64,000 nt of DNA from Pseudomonadota bacterium (GTDB lineage Bacteria; Pseudomonadota; Alphaproteobacteria; RF32; CAG-239). This document shows positions 39,356-49,816 of the stretch, piece by piece. The DNA lies in contig JAHALQ010000001.1 in assembly GCA_018362935.1 (NCBI GenBank), positions 18,378-82,377 of the forward strand, written 5' to 3'. Under the pieces are notes generated by a model, which did not search any database, was not told where the DNA came from, and saw nothing but the letters and a program-made list of their open reading frames with translations. Each line of letters opens with the position of its first letter. Positions within the stretch are counted from its first letter, which is position 1. The position numbers were made by a program, and so were the translations under genes.

Positions 39356-40321
39356 ATGGCAGAAATTAATTTTGAGTTGTTTAACAACACATTGGTACAG
39401 CAGTTGGTCGGGCCGCAGGACTATAATCTGCGCCTGCTCGAAAAAATTCTTGATGTTGAAATCGGTTCTTTCGGGAACAAAATGAATATCAAAGGTTCGC
39501 CCGCCGCCATCGAGCAGGCCAAAACCGCCATCGACGTCTTGTACAACAAGGTCAGCAAAGGCGTTTCCGTCGGTGACGAAGAAGTCAAAGCCGCGGTTCG
39601 GATTTCCGACGGCAGCACCGATACCGAAACCGCCCAGGATCTGAGCAACATTGTGCTCAAGACCAAAAAACGCCATATTTATCCACGCTCGGCCACTCAG
39701 GCACTCTACATTCAGGAAATGATGAAAAACGAACTCGTCTTCGGCTTAGGACCAGCCGGTACCGGCAAGACCTACCTGGCCGTTGCCTTGGCCGTTTCAA
39801 TGATGCTTGAAGGCAAAATTGATAAAATCATCTTGTCGCGCCCGGCCGTCGAAGCCGGCGAAAATCTGGGGTTCCTGCCCGGCGACCTCAAGGAAAAGGT
39901 TGACCCTTATCTGCGCCCGCTGTATGACGCCCTGTATGAAATGCTGCCCGCCGAGCAGGTTGACAAGAAAATTTCCCTCGGCGAAATAGAGATTGCCCCG
40001 CTTGCTTTCATGCGCGGTCGTACCCTTTCCAATGCGTTTGTCATTCTTGACGAGGCGCAGAACACCACCCCGATGCAGATGAAAATGTTCCTCACCCGCT
40101 TGGGCGAAAATTCGCGCATGGTCGTCAACGGCGACTTAAGCCAGGTCGACCTGCCGCGCGGCACGGTTTCGGGTCTGCGCGATGCGCTTGACATTCTCAA
40201 AGGCACACCCAACATCAGTTCTGTTCGTTTCAGCGCAGCTGATGTTGTCCGCCACGGCCTGGTTGCCAAAATAGTCAAGGCTTACGAAGAACGCAGCAAA
40301 AAAGAGTATGGTGATGAATAA
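39356..40321 (+). CDS. ybeZ: PhoH-like ATPase YbeZ.
   Basis: GPAGTGKTYLA Walker A. Conserved ybeZ-ybeY-corC-lnt order. Confidence 0.85.
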   Translation: MAEINFELFNNTLVQQLVGPQDYNLRLLEKILDVEIGSFGNKMNIKGSPAAIEQAKTAIDVLYNKVSKGVSVGDEEVKAAVRISDGSTDTETAQDLSNIVLKTKKRHIYPRSATQALYIQEMMKNELVFGLGPAGTGKTYLAVALAVSMMLEGKIDKIILSRPAVEAGENLGFLPGDLKEKVDPYLRPLYDALYEMLPAEQVDKKISLGEIEIAPLAFMRGRTLSNAFVILDEAQNTTPMQMKMFLTRLGENSRMVVNGDLSQVDLPRGTVSGLRDALDILKGTPNISSVRFSAADVVRHGLVAKIVKAYEERSKKEYGDE

Positions 40322-40835
40322 CGCCCTTAATGTCATAACAGACGGCGGCGCATGGGAAAACTGTGGTTTTGACGTTTTCCAAACTGCCCGGACTGTTTTT
40401 GACACTGTCCTCTCTTATGTCGGCAGAAACGAAGAAATCGGCTTTTTGACGCTCGGCAAAAACCTGATTGTCAACCTCTCGCTGAGCAGCGACGCGGAGG
40501 TTCATAGGCTTAACAAGGAATTCCGCGGCTTTGACAAACCGACCAACGTTCTCTCTTTTGCCAATATTGATGACGAAGACTTTGATAACTATATCAAGAT
40601 AAGCCCTGAAATCGAACTTGGCGACATAATTATTGCCTATGAAACGCTGTCGCGGGAAGCCGCTGAGAAAAAAATTTCCCTGCATGACCATTTTGCCCAC
40701 CTTCTGGCGCACGGGCTGCTGCATCTTCTCGGTTTTGACCACCAACAGGACGAAGAAGCCGAATATATGGAAAATTTCGAAATAAATATCTTGCAGCAGC
40801 TGAATATCAACAACCCCTATCAGGAGTATAATTAA
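40308..40835 (+). CDS. ybeY: rRNA maturation endoribonuclease YbeY.
   Basis: HGLLHLLGFDH zinc motif. Confidence 0.85.
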   Translation: MVMNNALNVITDGGAWENCGFDVFQTARTVFDTVLSYVGRNEEIGFLTLGKNLIVNLSLSSDAEVHRLNKEFRGFDKPTNVLSFANIDDEDFDNYIKISPEIELGDIIIAYETLSREAAEKKISLHDHFAHLLAHGLLHLLGFDHQQDEEAEYMENFEINILQQLNINNPYQEYN

Positions 40836-40838
40836 ATT

Positions 40839-41726
40839 ATGTCTGACGAAACGAAAAATGAAGTATCTTTTTGCAGTTTTGTAAGCAGCCTTTTTAAACA
40901 CAAACAGCCTGAAACCGTCCGCGAAACGATAGAAGACCTGATTGAAGAAGCTGACGGCGGCCAGGAGTTTTCCGAACACGAACAGCTCCTGCTCAACAAT
41001 ATCTTATGTCTGCGCGACAAAAAATGCGGCAATGCCATGATTCCGCGCGCCGACATCATCGGTTTTCCCAAAGACGGCAACATCGGCGATCTTGCCGAAC
41101 TGATGGTTACCAAAGGCCACTCGCGTATTCCGATTTACGGAGAATCGCTTGACGATGTTATCGGCATTGTTCACGTTATCGACCTTGTCAAATGCCTGCT
41201 AAATGGCAGAAAAGACGTTAAGGTTTCAGAAATTGTCACCAATAACGTCAAATTTGTTTCGCCGTCCATGCGCGTGCTGGATTTGCTGCGCCAGATGCAG
41301 TTTCAAAAAGTCCACATGGCCATGGTTGTCGACGAATACGGCGGCATTGACGGCCTTGTCACCATTGAAGACTTACTTGAGGAGATTGTCGGCGATATTG
41401 AAGACGAATATGATTTTGATGAAAACCACGTCATCGCCGTGCAGGAAAGCGGTGAAATTGTTGCCGACGCCAAAGCCGAACTGGATGAAATTAAAGAACA
41501 GACCGGCCTGGATCTGACCTCCGCTCTTAATGAAGATGAAAAAGAAGATATAGACACACTTGGCGGGCTTGTTTTCCAGATAGCTCAGCGAATCCCCTCC
41601 CGCGGCGAGATTATCGACGGTGCCGGCGGAATAAAATTTCGTATTCTTGAAGTTGACCCGCGCCGGATTAAAAAGGTGTTGATAATGCTGCCTAAGGAGA
41701 TTCCAACTGTCGCTGCTTCTAAATAA
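40839..41726 (+). CDS. corC: CorC/HlyC family protein (CBS pair plus transporter-associated domain).
   Basis: Domain pattern and synteny after ybeY. Confidence 0.75.
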   Translation: MSDETKNEVSFCSFVSSLFKHKQPETVRETIEDLIEEADGGQEFSEHEQLLLNNILCLRDKKCGNAMIPRADIIGFPKDGNIGDLAELMVTKGHSRIPIYGESLDDVIGIVHVIDLVKCLLNGRKDVKVSEIVTNNVKFVSPSMRVLDLLRQMQFQKVHMAMVVDEYGGIDGLVTIEDLLEEIVGDIEDEYDFDENHVIAVQESGEIVADAKAELDEIKEQTGLDLTSALNEDEKEDIDTLGGLVFQIAQRIPSRGEIIDGAGGIKFRILEVDPRRIKKVLIMLPKEIPTVAASK

Positions 41727-41730
41727 AATA

Positions 41731-43236
41731 CTGCGTTATCCAAAGCTTGCGGCTTTCTTCTGCGGCTGGCTGAGCGTCGCCGCCCTGCCGCCTTTATATA
41801 TTTTTCCGCTGCTTTTTGTTTCTGTCAGCCTTTTGATTTACCTGCTTAACCGGAGTCCTTCGCCTAAAACGGCTTTTATCCGCGGCTGGTGTTTCGGTTT
41901 TTCCTTCTTTTCTTTTGGGCTGTCGTGGATTGGCAACGCGGTCTTAATAGACAATACCTTTTTAAGCTGGCTTTATCCGCTTATTTTTCTGGCCTGCGGC
42001 ATTTTCTTCGGATTATTCGTTGCCGTTCCGGCCTGGCTGTCCTTTTACTTTCGTAAACCGGTGGCGCAATATTTGGCATTTTGCGCGCTGGTCGTCCTTT
42101 TTGAATGGCTGCGCAGTTTCTTTTTGACCGGCTTCCCGTGGAATCTTTGGGGAACGGTTTTGGCTTTCAGCACGCCTTTGATACAGCTTTCCTCTGTCGG
42201 CGGAACCTATCTGTTGTCACTCATGGCGCTGCTGATATGCGGCGCACCTTTTTTATGGCTGGCAGCCCTTGACAGAAGGCATTTGATGTTAAGCGGCGGC
42301 ATAATTGCTTTGCTGGGCAGTTTCTTAACCGTTTTTGGCCTTTGGCGCCTTTCTTTTGAAACGCAAACCCCGTCATCAACCGTTATCCGCATCGTTCAGC
42401 CCAGCATACCTCAGACATTCAAATGGGACAACGCCAGCCTGGAACAAAATCTTGACTCTTATATAGAATTGTCGCGCCAAAAACCGCTCGACGGGGTCAG
42501 CGCCGTCATCTGGGGTGAAACGGCTTCGCCTTTTCCGTTGGATATTGATAAAGCCCATAATTATAAGGTTCGCGCAGCCATACCCGATAGCGGCTATCTC
42601 ATTACCGGCCTCGTCCGTTATCATTTCAAGAACGGCGGCAGCCGTGCTTCCAATTCGATGATGGTTTTTGATAAAAGCGGTAATCCGGCGGCTTATTATG
42701 ACAAGTCGCACCTGGTGCCTTTCGGCGAATACATCCCGCTCCGCAGCTGGCTGCCGGACTGGCTGCGGCCGCTGGCCAACACTGTCGGTACCTTCACGCC
42801 CGGAAAAGGCCCCGAAGTAATATCCCTGCCCGGCCTTCCGGATTTGGGCGCCATAATTTGTTATGAGGCGATTTTTCCGGGACGGATAATCAATCCTGAC
42901 CATCGGCCGCAATGGGTCATCAATCCGACCAACGACGGCTGGTACGGCGATTCTTTCGGCCCCCGCCAGCATTTCGTCGCCACGCGTCTGCGCGCGGTGG
43001 AAGAAGGGGTTACTATTGTTCGCGCGGCCAACAACGGCATCAGCGGTGTCATTTCGCCCTACGGCACCGTCCTTGCCAGGCTGAATCTGAACCAAAAAGG
43101 CGTGGCAGACGCCGCGCTACCTGCCCAAATGTCATTCCCGACGCCCTATGGCAAATATGGCAATGTTATCATATTGTTTATATGCACTTTTTTACTATAC
43201 ATTGCATTTCTCATTCGCCCCAAACCCAACAAATAG
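41731..43236 (+). CDS. lnt: Apolipoprotein N-acyltransferase. The start codon is ambiguous.
   Basis: C-terminal nitrilase-like domain (E-K-C triad region). The in-frame upstream extension ILRYPKLAAFFCGWLSVAALPPLYIFPLLF is the conserved Lnt N-terminus, so the true start is a non-ATG codon between about 41707 and 41833. The track starts at the TTG at 41833. Confidence 0.75.
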   Translation: MRYPKLAAFFCGWLSVAALPPLYIFPLLFVSVSLLIYLLNRSPSPKTAFIRGWCFGFSFFSFGLSWIGNAVLIDNTFLSWLYPLIFLACGIFFGLFVAVPAWLSFYFRKPVAQYLAFCALVVLFEWLRSFFLTGFPWNLWGTVLAFSTPLIQLSSVGGTYLLSLMALLICGAPFLWLAALDRRHLMLSGGIIALLGSFLTVFGLWRLSFETQTPSSTVIRIVQPSIPQTFKWDNASLEQNLDSYIELSRQKPLDGVSAVIWGETASPFPLDIDKAHNYKVRAAIPDSGYLITGLVRYHFKNGGSRASNSMMVFDKSGNPAAYYDKSHLVPFGEYIPLRSWLPDWLRPLANTVGTFTPGKGPEVISLPGLPDLGAIICYEAIFPGRIINPDHRPQWVINPTNDGWYGDSFGPRQHFVATRLRAVEEGVTIVRAANNGISGVISPYGTVLARLNLNQKGVADAALPAQMSFPTPYGKYGNVIILFICTFLLYIAFLIRPKPNK

Positions 43237-43306
43237 AAGGGTTTTGGCAGCTTTTGCCGCTTTTCCATAAAATTCCGCTAATATAATATGTTATATAAAA
43301 AATCTA

Positions 43307-43335
43307 TTGACGAAACCTCTCTAAACTCTTATCTT
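43307..43335 (+). promoter_or_regulatory. Putative promoter: TTGACG, 17 nt, TATCTT.
   Basis: Seen 35-65 nt upstream of the XRE regulator ATG. Confidence 0.3.
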
Positions 43336-43370
43336 GATATCAAACAAACTTTATAAGGACCATATAAAAA

Positions 43371-43862
43371 ATGATAAAGATTGCTCCAAAAAAATCCAGC
43401 CGCGGACGCACGCCTCTTGGCGAGCCAAATCCCATTGACGTCCACGTCGGAAATCGTATCCGGCTCAGAAGAACCCTTCTCGGGATGAGCCAGGAACGCT
43501 TGGCATCGCTGCTGGGGCTGACATTTCAACAAGTTCAGAAATACGAACGCGGGATGAACCGTGTCGGAGCATCGCGTTTATGGGACATCAGCAAGGTTTT
43601 GGAAGCACCGATTGGTTTTTTCTACGAAGATATGGATAAAATCGTCGCCAACCAGAGTCCGCGCATGTTCAGCTCGGCTGAAGAAGCCCACGCCGTCTTA
43701 CACGAAGACGAAGAAGAATACCTGACCGATCCGATGCAAAAACAGGAAACGATTGAACTGGTTAAAGCTTATTACAAAATTCCCAATCGCAAGGCTGCCA
43801 AGCATTTATTCGATTTGATAGTCGCCATGTCCAAATCGACATATAACAACAATGAAGAATAA
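43371..43862 (+). CDS. XRE-family HTH transcriptional regulator. Conserved alphaproteobacterial gene between lnt and metK.
   Basis: HTH_XRE (LRRTLLGMSQERLASLLGLTFQQVQKYERGMNRVGASRLWDISKVL). Followed by a terminator. Confidence 0.7.
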   Translation: MIKIAPKKSSRGRTPLGEPNPIDVHVGNRIRLRRTLLGMSQERLASLLGLTFQQVQKYERGMNRVGASRLWDISKVLEAPIGFFYEDMDKIVANQSPRMFSSAEEAHAVLHEDEEEYLTDPMQKQETIELVKAYYKIPNRKAAKHLFDLIVAMSKSTYNNNEE

Positions 43863-43946
43863 AAAGACGATACGTGAAAAAAAAGCTGGCTTTTCGCCGG
43901 CTTTTTTTATTATATATATCTGAATACAATTTACGGGATATTTTTT

Positions 43947-45110
43947 ATGTCATACTTTTTCACAAGCGAATCAGTTTCCGAAGGGCATCCGGACAAAGTT
44001 TGCGACGCCGTTTCCGACAGCCTGCTTGACCTGTATCTGTCGCATGACGCGCGCGCCAGAACGGCCATAGAGGTCATGGCCACAACCAACAAGATTATTC
44101 TGTCCGGCGAAATCAGCTCTTCCTGGCAGCCGGCAGCCGACGAACTTAACCGCGCGGTTAAAGAAACCATATCGCGTATCGGGTACAACCAGCCTGATTT
44201 TTCGGCAGAAACCGTCGATATTGAAAATTACCTTCATTCCCAGTCTTCCGACATCGCTCTTGGGGTTGACCGCATGGGTGCCGGCGATCAGGGTATTATG
44301 TTCGGCTATGCCCGCCGGGAAGAGGGCTTTGCCACCGATTACATGCCGCTGCCGATTTATCTGGCGCATAAAGCGCTGTATGATCTGAGCATCAGCCGCC
44401 ATAACCGTTCGATCCCCGGCATAGAACCGGACTCTAAAAGTCAGTTTACGGTCGAATATGACAACCTCGGCAAACCGCAGCGCATATCCAAAATTGTCCT
44501 CTCGACACAGCATAATTCCGAGCTGACATCGGAAGAAGTGCGCGGAATTGTTCTCAAACAACTGCAAAAATCCGTTCCCGAAAACTTAATGCCGGACAAC
44601 GTTAATATCCTAATCAACCCGACCGGGCGGTTTGTTATCGGCGGCCCTGCCGGAGATACAGGACTGACCGGCCGCAAGATTATTGTCGATACTTATGGCG
44701 GCGCCGCGCCTCACGGCGGCGGAGCTTTTTCCGGCAAAGACCCGACCAAGGTTGACCGTTCGGCCGCTTATATGATGCGTTATCTTGCCAAAAACATTGT
44801 TGCCGCCGGTTTGGCCAAAGAATGCCTGTTGCAGGTTTCTTATGCCATCGGTGTCGCCGAACCACTGTCTTTATACATCGATACCAAAAACACGGCCGTT
44901 GTCGATGAGCAGCGGATTTTGAACATTGTTCATGAAATGGTGAACCTGACGCCGGAAGGCATTATCAAATATCTTGGCCTGCGCCGCCCCATTTACAGCC
45001 AGACCAGCGCATACGGACACTTTGGGCGCCGTCCGGACGACTGCGGGCGTTTCAGCTGGGAAAAACTCGACTTGGTAAAGGACTTGAAAAATGCTTTTAA
45101 CATCCGATAA
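43947..45110 (+). CDS. metK: S-adenosylmethionine synthetase.
   Basis: FTSESVSEGHPDK, GAGDQG, GGGAFSGKD signature motifs. Confidence 0.95.
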   Translation: MSYFFTSESVSEGHPDKVCDAVSDSLLDLYLSHDARARTAIEVMATTNKIILSGEISSSWQPAADELNRAVKETISRIGYNQPDFSAETVDIENYLHSQSSDIALGVDRMGAGDQGIMFGYARREEGFATDYMPLPIYLAHKALYDLSISRHNRSIPGIEPDSKSQFTVEYDNLGKPQRISKIVLSTQHNSELTSEEVRGIVLKQLQKSVPENLMPDNVNILINPTGRFVIGGPAGDTGLTGRKIIVDTYGGAAPHGGGAFSGKDPTKVDRSAAYMMRYLAKNIVAAGLAKECLLQVSYAIGVAEPLSLYIDTKNTAVVDEQRILNIVHEMVNLTPEGIIKYLGLRRPIYSQTSAYGHFGRRPDDCGRFSWEKLDLVKDLKNAFNIR

Positions 45111-45822
45111 ACCCAAATTTTACGGACGCCGTCAGGGGCGCCGCATCCGCAAAGCCAAAACTTCGCTGCTTGATAATTTTCTGCCGCGGATTGAAATAAA
45201 CAAAAACACTGTATTTAAAAAAGAGGAACTGTTCGGAACACCGGTTTCGAAAGTATACCTCGAAATCGGTTTCGGCAACGGCGAACATTTGGCCGGACAG
45301 GCGCTGCGCAATCCCAATATCGGCTTTATCGGCGCCGAAGTCTTTAAAAACGGCGTCGCCAACCTGCTCACGCTGATAACCGGAATTAAAGAAGGCGCCG
45401 ATATTACTGAAGATGTCAAACTGTTGCCGGAACGGGTTGACAACATCCGTATTTTCAGCGATGACGTCCGCCTGCTTTTCGCGCGCATCCCCGACAATTT
45501 CATAGACAAACTGTTTGTGCTGTTTCCCGACCCCTGGCCCAAAAAACGCCATGCCTCACGCCGTTTTATCAACCCGGATAATCTGCGGGAAATTGCCCGC
45601 ATATTAAAACCCGGCGGCATCTTGCGCGTTGCCACCGACCATAAGGTATACAAAGGCTGGACTCTGCGCCAGCTGCACGATTGCCCGGCTTTTCGTTGGA
45701 CAGCGGCCTGCGGCAATGACTGGAAGCATGAACCGCAAGACTGGGTGCAGACCAAATATCAGCGCAAAGCGCTCGCCGAAGGGCGGCGTCCGGTCTTTTT
45801 AGACTTTGAAAGAAAGGAATAA
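45091..45822 (+). CDS. trmB: tRNA (guanine46-N7)-methyltransferase.
   Basis: EIGFGNGEHL SAM motif and FPDPWPKKRH. Confidence 0.85.
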   Translation: MLLTSDKPKFYGRRQGRRIRKAKTSLLDNFLPRIEINKNTVFKKEELFGTPVSKVYLEIGFGNGEHLAGQALRNPNIGFIGAEVFKNGVANLLTLITGIKEGADITEDVKLLPERVDNIRIFSDDVRLLFARIPDNFIDKLFVLFPDPWPKKRHASRRFINPDNLREIARILKPGGILRVATDHKVYKGWTLRQLHDCPAFRWTAACGNDWKHEPQDWVQTKYQRKALAEGRRPVFLDFERKE

Positions 45823-45825
45823 ACC

Positions 45826-46905
45826 ATGAAAATTTTGGTCGGAATGAGCGGCGGCGTTGATTCGACGGTAACCGCGCTGCTTCTGAAAAAAGCAGGACAC
45901 GAAGTCATCGGCGCCACCATGACCATCTGGGACGAAATTGTCCGCAGCATGGCGCCCAACGGGAAAGACGCCTGTTTCGGCCCCAAGGAACTGACCGAAA
46001 TTCCCCAAACCCGCAAAATCTGCGAAAAAATCGGCATACCGTATTATGTCTTTGACTGCCGCGAAGAATATAAAAAACTGGTGCTTCACAATTTTCGCGA
46101 AGAATACCTCAACGGCCGCACCCCAAATCCCTGCATCTGGTGCAACTCGATGATAAAGTTTGAGGCTTTGCCGCGCACGGCTCGCGCTCAGAGACTGAAA
46201 TTCGACAAATTTGCCACCGGACACTACGCGCGCCTCGGGCATAATCCGCAAAGCGGGCGCTGGTTTCTTCAATCGGCTTTGGATACCAAAAAAGACCAGT
46301 CTTATTTTATATACCGCCTCAAACAGGAACAGCTGGCAAACATACTGCTTCCGCTCGGCAGCTATACCAAGAGGCAAATCCGCGAGATTGCCAAAGAAGC
46401 GGGGCTCGAAGTCTGTGACAAACCCGACAGTCAGGATTTTTATGCCGGCGATTATAACGACCTGCTCGAAACCAAAGCCAACCCGGGAAACTTTGTCAAC
46501 ACCAAAGGCGAAATTCTCGGCCGCCATACCGGCATTTGGAATTACACGATCGGCCAACGCCGCGGTATGGGCATTTCGTCCGAACGCCCGCTCTATGTCA
46601 TCGGCTTCAATAAGGAACGCAACGAGGTTATCCTCGGACACGATGAAGAAACGCTCAAACGCGTGCTGACGGCTTCTCAGTGCACCTGGATGGATTTTGA
46701 ACCGGGAACTTCCGCCTTTGCCGCCGCCGCAAAGATTCGCTCGTCACAGATTCCGACCCCGGTTACGGTTACCCCTGCGCCGGACGGCTCAATCCGCGTT
46801 GAATTTGAAAATCTGCAAAAAGCGCTTACTCCCGGCCAGTCGGTTGTCCTTTACCGGGATGACATTGTCCTTGGCGGCGGCATAATTGACACTGTTGTCG
46901 AATAA
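45826..46905 (+). CDS. mnmA: tRNA-specific 2-thiouridylase MnmA.
   Basis: PP-loop VGMSGGVDSTV with the conserved catalytic cysteines. Confidence 0.9.
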   Translation: MKILVGMSGGVDSTVTALLLKKAGHEVIGATMTIWDEIVRSMAPNGKDACFGPKELTEIPQTRKICEKIGIPYYVFDCREEYKKLVLHNFREEYLNGRTPNPCIWCNSMIKFEALPRTARAQRLKFDKFATGHYARLGHNPQSGRWFLQSALDTKKDQSYFIYRLKQEQLANILLPLGSYTKRQIREIAKEAGLEVCDKPDSQDFYAGDYNDLLETKANPGNFVNTKGEILGRHTGIWNYTIGQRRGMGISSERPLYVIGFNKERNEVILGHDEETLKRVLTASQCTWMDFEPGTSAFAAAAKIRSSQIPTPVTVTPAPDGSIRVEFENLQKALTPGQSVVLYRDDIVLGGGIIDTVVE

Positions 46906-47037
46906 TCCCGCAAACTGTTTACTTTGACTTTTTTTGATGATACAATGAAAATAGGAAAGTAGGTTAACGCAGTCTTAATTTTTTCAAAATATAATGGATA
47001 ATTAAGAGGTTGACCCGTTTTGAGGAGAAAAACGAAC

Positions 47038-47901
47038 ATGAGCAGCAGCATCTCTGGCGTTACCAACAAAGATGAATACGGCAAATACAGCTGGGAAAAA
47101 ACCGTTGTTGACGTTAACAACATTGACGAAAACTTCGCCAATGCCCGCGACCTCGGCTACACCCGTCTGAACTACGCGCGCGTCACCGCCGTGGCCAGCA
47201 TTGACAAATATAACTCCGTCGATAATTACAAAATTCAGGTTCAGTCCAACGGCAAACTCTCAATCAGCCTCCGCAACACCGATTCGAAAGATGAAAATGT
47301 GCTCGATCTTTCCGAATACGAAGAATATCTCGACAATTTGAAAAAACAACTTGATCCCGAAGGCTGGCAGGCCGAACAGGACAAAAAAATGGAAGAGCTG
47401 GAAAATCAAAATATTCTGGAGCCGACGGCTCCCGGCATGACGCTCAAAATTTATGCCTCCAAAAACGGCAAACAGGTTTTGATTGCCGACAGCGCCGCCG
47501 ACCGCGACAGCAAGGAATACGAAACGCTCAAAGCGATTGTCACCGGCGAATATAAGGCGTCTAAAGGCGACTATTACATTCAGGTCGGCACCACCAACGA
47601 GATTGAAACAAAAGACGAAAATCATCCTTATGCGCTCCAAGTGCTTCAAGGCAAAGATTATAAGCATGACTATGTCATGAAACAGACTTTGTCGCAGGAC
47701 AGCAAAAACAAGAAAATATCGACCAAACCGTCAGAAACGTCTAATTCTACCACCGGTATTTCTGCAGCTTATGCCGCCCAGATTCAGGCGCAGCGATACA
47801 GCGTCACCGCCACCATGCTGTCCAACGGCTATCTGAATTTTGCGCAGATGACGGCCGGCAAGTCGGATCCCGCAAAAACGCTTTTTTCAACATTGCTGTA
47901 A
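47038..47901 (+). CDS. Hypothetical protein (lineage-specific).
   Basis: GAGGAG Shine-Dalgarno before the ATG at 47038 (MSSSISGV). Polar, with no signal peptide or TM helix. No family motif. Terminator follows. Confidence 0.5.
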   Translation: MSSSISGVTNKDEYGKYSWEKTVVDVNNIDENFANARDLGYTRLNYARVTAVASIDKYNSVDNYKIQVQSNGKLSISLRNTDSKDENVLDLSEYEEYLDNLKKQLDPEGWQAEQDKKMEELENQNILEPTAPGMTLKIYASKNGKQVLIADSAADRDSKEYETLKAIVTGEYKASKGDYYIQVGTTNEIETKDENHPYALQVLQGKDYKHDYVMKQTLSQDSKNKKISTKPSETSNSTTGISAAYAAQIQAQRYSVTATMLSNGYLNFAQMTAGKSDPAKTLFSTLL

Positions 47902-47921
47902 TTAAGCTTTTAAACAAAAAG

Positions 47922-47960
47922 AAACCGGATGCTTCTCAGTATCCGGTTCTCTTTTGCTTT
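47922..47960. terminator. Bidirectional terminator.
   Basis: AACCGGAT-loop-ATCCGGTT plus CTCTTTTGCTTT. Confidence 0.55.
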
Positions 47961-47974
47961 GCAGCAGGCTTGCC

Positions 47975-48565
47975 TTACTCCTTGATTTCATTGAAAAAAA
48001 GCTGCTTAAAATTCGCGCTGCTTGCCTCAATGAACTCCATTCCGAGTTCTTCGGCCGCTTCACGGTACTTGGCGTTGGCAATAACGGTCACTTCGTCGCT
48101 GTCGATATCAGCCTTCTCAATGGCTCGCAGCAACAGATCCTGCCGGCTCGTAGGCGTCCCACAGTTTCCGAAAGCGTCGTCGACAAACTCAGTGACACGC
48201 AACTCGGCTATTTCATAGTCGAGTATATCCAATGATTTGTTCGATACCACGTAGATATTGTATCCCGACCTCGCCAAAAGGGTCAGCAGAGCCACAGCGC
48301 CTTCGCGCAGCGGAACGACAGGAAGTTCCCTGAACTTGGCATAGAAAGCCTGCTTCGCCTCCTCGCCGTGTTCACCCCACAGGTCTACATTGCTCCAGAT
48401 ATCCGCCGGAGAAGTTCCTTGCATGCTTTTGGTGTCCTCAAGCGTCCAGGTTTCTGCCCGGGAATCGCCGATTGCCGTAAAGGCTGCCTGATAACACTGA
48501 TGTGCCTTGGGATAAGTCTCGCCCTGAAACGCATTATCCCAGCCGATAATCACATTGTTTTTCAT
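47975..48565 (-). CDS. HAD-like hydrolase-fold protein with degenerate catalytic motifs.
   Basis: VVSNKS (motif II-like) and a K...ANA region in place of motif III/IV. The N-terminal DxDGT motif is absent (IGWDNAF). Confidence 0.3.
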   Translation of the reverse strand: MKNNVIIGWDNAFQGETYPKAHQCYQAAFTAIGDSRAETWTLEDTKSMQGTSPADIWSNVDLWGEHGEEAKQAFYAKFRELPVVPLREGAVALLTLLARSGYNIYVVSNKSLDILDYEIAELRVTEFVDDAFGNCGTPTSRQDLLLRAIEKADIDSDEVTVIANAKYREAAEELGMEFIEASSANFKQLFFNEIKE

Positions 48566-48691
48566 AAAATTAAGTTAATTAAATTAAACAAAACAAATCG
48601 CCAATCATCAGCTTTTGCTAAAGACCAATAATATGACAATTGTAATAAAGAATACTATTAAGCTACCATTTTTAGACAAAATTGTCAAACA

Positions 48692-49672
48692 TTATGTTTC
48701 CTCCTCGCCGCTGCCGATTTTCACGGCTTCTTTAAGCGCCGCCGCAGCAAGCTTTAAGGCTTTGCGGCTCGGTTCGGAATCTTTCAAAGCATTCAGCATC
48801 ATAAAATCATGAATTGTGCCGTTAAAACGCACGCTCACGGCTTCGACTCCGGCAGCATTCAGCTTGCGCGCAAAATCTTCGCCTTCGTCGCGCAGAACGT
48901 CGTTTTCGTCTGTAATGACCAACGCCGGCGGCAAACCTTGCAAATCTTCGGGTTTAGCCAGCAGCGGGCAGGCCAGAATATTATTGCGGTCGCGTTTTTC
49001 CGGCGCATAGGCGTCCCAGAACCATTGCATGGCTTTACGCGTCAGCCACGGGCCGTCGGCAAAGACGTGATAGGACTTTGTTTCAAAACTGGCATCTGTC
49101 ACCGGATAAAGCAAAAGCATAAATTTGATTTCCGGACGGTTTCCGTTTTGTTTGGCCATCAGCGCCATGGCAATCGCCATATTGCCGCCGACGCTGTCAC
49201 CCGCAACAATCAGATTATCCGTGTCAAAATTATACTCCGCGGCATTTCTAACCATATATTCCAGCACCATAAACAAATTATCGGTCGTCTGCGGAAACTG
49301 CGCTTCCGGCGAAGGCTCATAAACCGGAAAAACCACCGCCGCGCCAGTTTCTTCCGACAGGCTGTTAACCAGCCGCTCATGTGTTTGATAATCCCCCATA
49401 ACCCAGCCGCCGCCGTGAATATAAAAGATAATCGGAAGTTTGCCCATCGGATTTTTCGGGCGGATAATTTTGACCGGCATTTCGCGCCCGGCGCCGACAC
49501 TGACCGAAACCTCGTCCATCGTGTTATTGGGGAAATTTTCTTTTTCTCTCTGTGCCCGGCGCAAAATTTCGCGCGCTTCCTCATACGTATGTTCATACAG
49601 CGGTTTGTCGCCGGCAGCTTCCAAAGTATTTATAAAATTTTGAACCTTTTTGACCAAAAACGGCTTTTCCAT
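48692..49672 (-). CDS. Alpha/beta-hydrolase esterase/lipase (HSL-like).
   Basis: HGGGW oxyanion motif (IFYIHGGGWVMGD) and GDSVGG nucleophile elbow. Confidence 0.75.
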   Translation of the reverse strand: MEKPFLVKKVQNFINTLEAAGDKPLYEHTYEEAREILRRAQREKENFPNNTMDEVSVSVGAGREMPVKIIRPKNPMGKLPIIFYIHGGGWVMGDYQTHERLVNSLSEETGAAVVFPVYEPSPEAQFPQTTDNLFMVLEYMVRNAAEYNFDTDNLIVAGDSVGGNMAIAMALMAKQNGNRPEIKFMLLLYPVTDASFETKSYHVFADGPWLTRKAMQWFWDAYAPEKRDRNNILACPLLAKPEDLQGLPPALVITDENDVLRDEGEDFARKLNAAGVEAVSVRFNGTIHDFMMLNALKDSEPSRKALKLAAAALKEAVKIGSGEEET

Positions 49673-49816
49673 AATTTTTCTCCTTTGTTTATCTCTTTTA
49701 AATAGACTGCCGAAAATTCATAAAAAGCCTATCTCTTGTGCTATATCTTCTAAAAAACCGCTTTTTTCAGACTACTTTATGACTGTTAAATTTTATTTTG
49801 CCGAAAGGAGATTAAA

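Noticed and set aside
43863-43946. Possible SAM riboswitch upstream of metK
   Set aside because: The intergenic region is only about 84 nt. Most of it is the terminator of the upstream XRE gene, and no SAM-II or SAM-V-like conserved core is visible.
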